The notes beneath the pieces are model-generated. The model had not been told where the DNA came from, did no database searches, and saw nothing but the letters and a program-made list of their open reading frames with translations. Both the position numbers and the translations under genes were made by a program. Source: Gemmatimonadota bacterium (lineage in GTDB: Bacteria; Gemmatimonadota; Gemmatimonadetes; Gemmatimonadales; GWC2-71-9). From it: 43,898 nucleotides of DNA. The first letter of the stretch is position 1, and every line of letters begins with the position of its first letter. Location: assembly GCA_039591275.1 (NCBI GenBank), contig JBDHDY010000001.1, positions 1-43,898 on the forward strand, written 5' to 3'. This document shows, piece by piece, positions 40,065 to 43,898 of the stretch.

Positions 40065-40574
40065 CTACTGTCCCTTGGGATCTGAGGGATCCCACAGGGT
40101 TGAAACAGCGTGCGTTTGTGAACACAGCCGCTCGAGATCGTAGACGAACCGCTCTCGCTCGTACTCCGCGTTCTCATAATGCACACCGACGTGAATGGCC
40201 TCTTCCGGACAAACCTCCTGGCAGTATCCACAAAAGATGCAGCGAAACTCATCGATCTCGTAAATGAGTGGATATCGGTCGCCCTGCTCGTCCTCGCCCG
40301 GAACCAGCTTGATGCAATTTGCAGGGCAAATCTGAGGGCACAGTCCGCAGGCGACACATTTCGCACGCCCCTGCTCATCAGTGAGCATTCTGTGCGTACC
40401 ACGCCACCGCTCCGAGATCTGCCAGTCTGGCGTTGATTTCTGCTCCGGGTACTTCATCGTAACCTTGGGTCGAAGCAGGTGCTGGAACGTGAGCGCCATC
40501 CCCTTCAACGTGGCGCGAAGATAGCTCACTCCGCTATCCGGCCGCTTTATCGTCTTGACTGTGATCGCCATCAA
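40065..40574 (-). CDS. nuoI: NADH-quinone oxidoreductase subunit I.
   Basis: 169 aa with two 4Fe-4S ferredoxin motifs, CVACGLCPQICP and CIFCGYCQEVCP. Confidence 0.95.
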   Translation of the reverse strand: MMAITVKTIKRPDSGVSYLRATLKGMALTFQHLLRPKVTMKYPEQKSTPDWQISERWRGTHRMLTDEQGRAKCVACGLCPQICPANCIKLVPGEDEQGDRYPLIYEIDEFRCIFCGYCQEVCPEEAIHVGVHYENAEYERERFVYDLERLCSQTHAVSTLWDPSDPKGQ

Positions 40575-41788
40575 CCCCCCGCGCTACGATGTATCGCTGA
40601 TCCGACGAGCAGCCGGCCCTGGTCGAGCATCCAGAATACCCCGTACACAAACACCAAGTTAACTGCGAACAAGACCAGGCCGTGTCCCACGCCCAAACGC
40701 GCCTGATCGTCAACACCAAGAATCCACACCACCGTGGCGATTACCATGATGTATCCCAGCAGCATGGGAAGCATGAACTTCCAGCCAAGCTGCATCAGCT
40801 GATCAAATCGGAAACGGGGGAGGGTCCAGCGAATCCAGATGTACACATACGTGAAGAACACGGTCTTGGCGCCGAACACGAGGAGGCTGATTAGAGATTT
40901 GAACACAGTGGGTTCACCCTCGTCCCACGCCGTGAACGGCACATCCCAACCGCCGAAGAACAATGTGGTTATGAGCGCAGCACCGGTGATGATGTTTGCG
41001 TACTCCGCCATGAAGAACATCGCGAACTTCATGGAGCTGTACTCCGTATGATAGCCCGATACCAACTCTGACTCGGTCTCCGGCAGGTCGAAGGGTAGGC
41101 GATTTGTCTCGGCCAAAGCGCTAACTACAAAAAAGATGAAGCTGAGCGTGAGAGCCAGAACGAACCACACGGATTGCTGCTGCACCCTCACGACCTCGGA
41201 CAGCGTCACATTACCGACGAGGATGAGCACGGCGATGATGCTCAACCCCATTGCGATTTCGTAGCTGATCATCTGCGCGCTTGACCGAAGTCCGCCGAGC
41301 AGGGAGTACTTGCTCCCCGACGACCAACCGGCGAGCACGAGGCCGTACACTCCCAGGCTTGTGATTGCGAGGATGTAGAGAAAGCCTACTGGCAAGTCCG
41401 CAACAATCATGGGCATCGGACCCGAGTGCACGAACCGACCGAGCAATGGAAGAGTGAAATCGAAGGTGACCGGCATGGGTGCGGCAAACGGGACCACAGC
41501 AAAGGCCATAAACGCCGGAATGAAGGCCATTATCGGTGCAAGGAAGAACAGCAAGCGACTCGCCTGTGGCGGCGATGTTTCCTCCTTGACAAGGTTCTTG
41601 AGGCCGTCGGCAGCAGGTTGCAGCAATCCTTGAGGACCGACGCGGTTGGGGCCCAGCCGATCCTGCTTCCACGCACTGACGCGACGCTCAGCCCAGGTCA
41701 GCAGCGCCACGCCAACCATGACGGCCACGATCACAAATCCGATTTTGATGACCGCGAGTAGGATGAACCCCTTCAGTTCCGGCGTCAT
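40571..41788 (-). CDS. nuoH: NADH-quinone oxidoreductase subunit H.
   Basis: It has AERRVSAWKQDRLGPNRVGP and ETNRLPFDLPETESELVSGYHTEYS. The likely start is ATG 41788 (MTPELKG), adjacent to the nuoG stop. Confidence 0.93.
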   Translation of the reverse strand: MTPELKGFILLAVIKIGFVIVAVMVGVALLTWAERRVSAWKQDRLGPNRVGPQGLLQPAADGLKNLVKEETSPPQASRLLFFLAPIMAFIPAFMAFAVVPFAAPMPVTFDFTLPLLGRFVHSGPMPMIVADLPVGFLYILAITSLGVYGLVLAGWSSGSKYSLLGGLRSSAQMISYEIAMGLSIIAVLILVGNVTLSEVVRVQQQSVWFVLALTLSFIFFVVSALAETNRLPFDLPETESELVSGYHTEYSSMKFAMFFMAEYANIITGAALITTLFFGGWDVPFTAWDEGEPTVFKSLISLLVFGAKTVFFTYVYIWIRWTLPRFRFDQLMQLGWKFMLPMLLGYIMVIATVVWILGVDDQARLGVGHGLVLFAVNLVFVYGVFWMLDQGRLLVGSAIHRSAGG

Positions 41789-43374
41789 GCGGTCACCCCA
41801 GCCTGCCCAGCCTCGGTCATCACGCAACCGCTGACGCCGAGACTCCCATACGATAGGCCGGCGAACGCCTGCTCGGCCTCCGCCAACACACCAAAGGCAT
41901 CCTCAGCACTAAACAATGGCTCGCCGCGGCCGAGTTCGTGGAGCAGCTGCCCCAGCACCCACCACGCGGGACGAGCCATCCCCGGACATGCCTTCGCCTG
42001 GAAATAGCGCTGCACTCGCCGATCGCGATTTACGAACGTGCCATCTTCCTCAGCGACATTTGCAATTGGCAGAACCACCTTCGCTCCCCGAGCATTATCA
42101 GGCAGGACGGTGCCGAGGTAGATGGCGTTGGTGTCCGCCAGTGCTGAGCGGGCGACTCCGTCCAAGGTCTCATCCACCACGAGCACTAGCGAAGTATCGG
42201 ACAATGTTGAGACGGCTTTCTCGAAATCCTCCGTGTAGCCCAACGTCACCGCACCGGCCACGTTAGCGGCGCGATCAGATCGCAGTGCCAGGTTCGCCAC
42301 CCCAGGCAGCGGGGTTTCGTTCTCCACTCGCTCGACCCGAAAAGCACCTTGAGAATCGACATCTGCCAGGAGTCGCCTCGACAAGTAGAGAGCTTCATTC
42401 GAGGCATTGGGCGAGGCGAGCACAATGGCCCGACCGTTCGAACCCCTCACGATGCGGGCAGCCTCGTGCAAGGCATTATCCCAATCGGTGGCCGCGAGCT
42501 CACCATCGGTCAACAGCAGCGGTGCCTCGATGCGGTCACCGCGGTTCATCCAGCGGTAGTGCGCCCGACCGTGGTCACAGAGAAAATACCGGTTCACCTC
42601 CACGTTGGCGCGCGGCCGGATACGGACAACGATGTCCGTTCGCGTATCGAGATTGACGTTGCACCCCTGGGAGCACCCTGTGCAGATGCTCGCCGTCTTG
42701 TCGATTTCCCACACACGAGCCTTGTGAAGGAAATCCTTGGAGATCAGAGAGCCGACCGGACAGAGATCCACCACATTGCCCGCCCACGGGTTGTCAAGCT
42801 CGCGGTCAGGGTGAACACCGATGAAGGCACGGTCGCCTCGCTCGCTCACATTCAGGACCTCGTCGTCCGCCACGTGGTCCATAAAGCGCACGCATCTGGT
42901 GCACAGAATACACCGGTTTGGAACGTAAAGTACGTCCCCGCCAAAATCTTCGACCGGATTGAATCGTTTGGCATACTCTCCGTACCTCGTGCGTGCCTGC
43001 CCTTCCTTGAAAACGTAGTTCTGCAGCTCGCACTCGCCCGCCTGATCGCAGATCGGGCAGTCGAGCGGGTGGTTGATTAGCAGGAACTCGAGGACGCCTT
43101 GGCGAGCCTTGCGCGCCTCTTCGCTGAACACACTGACGACTTGACCTTCCGCCACCGTGGTGGCACAGGCAATCTGCAGCTTCGGCGTCTTCTCTACTTC
43201 GACGAGACACATCCGGCACACCCCGGCCACCGGGAGCCCAGGATGGTAGCAGTAATGCGGGATCACCACACCTGCTCTCTTGGCAGCCTCTAAGATGTTC
43301 GTTCCCTTGGGAACGCTCACCTCTACACCATCGATTGTCAGCGTGATCAGCTCTTGATCAGCCATCCGCATCAC
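41785..43374 (-). CDS. nuoG: NADH-quinone oxidoreductase subunit G, a short 529-aa form.
   Basis: The 2Fe-2S region is CYHPGLPVAGVCRMCLVEV...IACAT. HPLDCPICDQAGEC and CILCTRCVRF give the 4Fe-4S clusters, and CPVGSL is also present. Confidence 0.9.
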   Translation of the reverse strand: MMRMADQELITLTIDGVEVSVPKGTNILEAAKRAGVVIPHYCYHPGLPVAGVCRMCLVEVEKTPKLQIACATTVAEGQVVSVFSEEARKARQGVLEFLLINHPLDCPICDQAGECELQNYVFKEGQARTRYGEYAKRFNPVEDFGGDVLYVPNRCILCTRCVRFMDHVADDEVLNVSERGDRAFIGVHPDRELDNPWAGNVVDLCPVGSLISKDFLHKARVWEIDKTASICTGCSQGCNVNLDTRTDIVVRIRPRANVEVNRYFLCDHGRAHYRWMNRGDRIEAPLLLTDGELAATDWDNALHEAARIVRGSNGRAIVLASPNASNEALYLSRRLLADVDSQGAFRVERVENETPLPGVANLALRSDRAANVAGAVTLGYTEDFEKAVSTLSDTSLVLVVDETLDGVARSALADTNAIYLGTVLPDNARGAKVVLPIANVAEEDGTFVNRDRRVQRYFQAKACPGMARPAWWVLGQLLHELGRGEPLFSAEDAFGVLAEAEQAFAGLSYGSLGVSGCVMTEAGQAGVTA

Positions 43375-43898
43375 ACCTTCGCCATCGCCGGCGCTTTCTT
43401 GCCGGCGATGTACGCGTCAAACTCGTCACGGAACTTTTCGATGGCGCTCACCACCACCGCGGCGCAGGAATCGCTCAGCACACAGATCGTCCTTCCCGTC
43501 ATTTCAGTGCCCAAATCCAACAGCAGATCCAAGTCCTTCGCGGCTCCCTCACCCGCCAGAATGCGCTCGAGGATCCGGACGGTCCACGCTGTGCCTTCTC
43601 GGCACTGCGTGCACTGTGCACAGGACTCGTGAGCGTAGAATTTGGCGAGACGCATCGCTTGATACACAATATCTGCGCTGTCGTCGTACACGATGACACC
43701 GCCCGACCCGAGCATGGTTCCCTGCTCCACGCAGCCCTCGTAGTCGAGCAAACATGCTTCTGTCTCTTCCTTATTTAACAGCGGCACCGATGAGCCACCC
43801 GGTTGGCAAGCCTTCAGCGTCCGGCCCGGGTGCATCCCTCCGGCAAGCTCGTTAATGAGCTCCCCGAGAGAAAACCCCATCGTGACCTCGTAATTCCC
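43371..43898 (-). CDS. nuoF: NADH-quinone oxidoreductase subunit F, C-terminal part only. The gene continues past the right edge of the window.
   Basis: The frame is open to the window end. It has LGSGGVIV and the N3-cluster motif ESCAQCTQCREG, and a 4-nt overlap with nuoG. Confidence 0.9.
   Translation of the reverse strand, partial: GNYEVTMGFSLGELINELAGGMHPGRTLKACQPGGSSVPLLNKEETEACLLDYEGCVEQGTMLGSGGVIVYDDSADIVYQAMRLAKFYAHESCAQCTQCREGTAWTVRILERILAGEGAAKDLDLLLDLGTEMTGRTICVLSDSCAAVVVSAIEKFRDEFDAYIAGKKAPAMAKV

Noticed and set aside
41785-43374. NuoG is only 529 aa, much shorter than E. coli NuoG.
   Set aside because: All N-terminal Fe-S cluster motifs are intact, and the gene is tightly coupled to nuoF and nuoH. 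The length of the C-terminal molybdopterin-like domain varies widely among lineages, so I do not consider this distinctive without a comparative survey.

Overview
This is a GC-rich, very gene-dense chromosomal core segment from a diderm (LPS-making) bacterium. I cannot fix the phylum from the sequence alone. I call 42 protein-coding genes. Forty are on the minus strand, and many have overlapping stop/start codons (ATGA/GTGA type). Running from the right edge to the left on the minus strand, the blocks are: (1) respiratory complex I, nuoF (partial)-G-H-I-J-K-L-M-N. (2) Phosphomannomutase, a UPF0182 membrane protein, carbamate kinase-sucC-sucD, an EIIA(Ntr)-like/CBS fusion protein, and ndk. (3) yceD-rpmF-plsX-fabH-fabD, a 172-bp spacer, then fabG-acpP-fabF. 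(4) Futalosine-pathway genes mqnE-mqnA-mqnC, then purE. (5) The only plus-strand block, two tandem paralogous Hanks-type Ser/Thr kinases with multi-TM plus coiled-coil tails. (6) ispF, a DedA-family protein and a Xer-type recombinase. (7) After a 593-bp non-coding gap, pyrG-kdsA-kdsC-lptC-lptA-lptB-rpoN-GT2-GT4 (partial). I found no rRNA, tRNA, CRISPR array, IS element or prophage, and no recognisable defence or accessory island. I do not see a convincing novel multi-gene system here, because the window is dominated by housekeeping operons. The items most worth a second look are: the unexplained 593-bp interval upstream of pyrG (a candidate structured RNA or long leader); a roughly 150-aa unrecognised N-terminal extension on LptB; the tandem kinase pair with an unassigned C-terminal module; an EIIA-CBS fusion; and an apparent frameshift at the 5' end of the GT4 gene. 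All homology statements come from motif recognition by eye, not from database searches.
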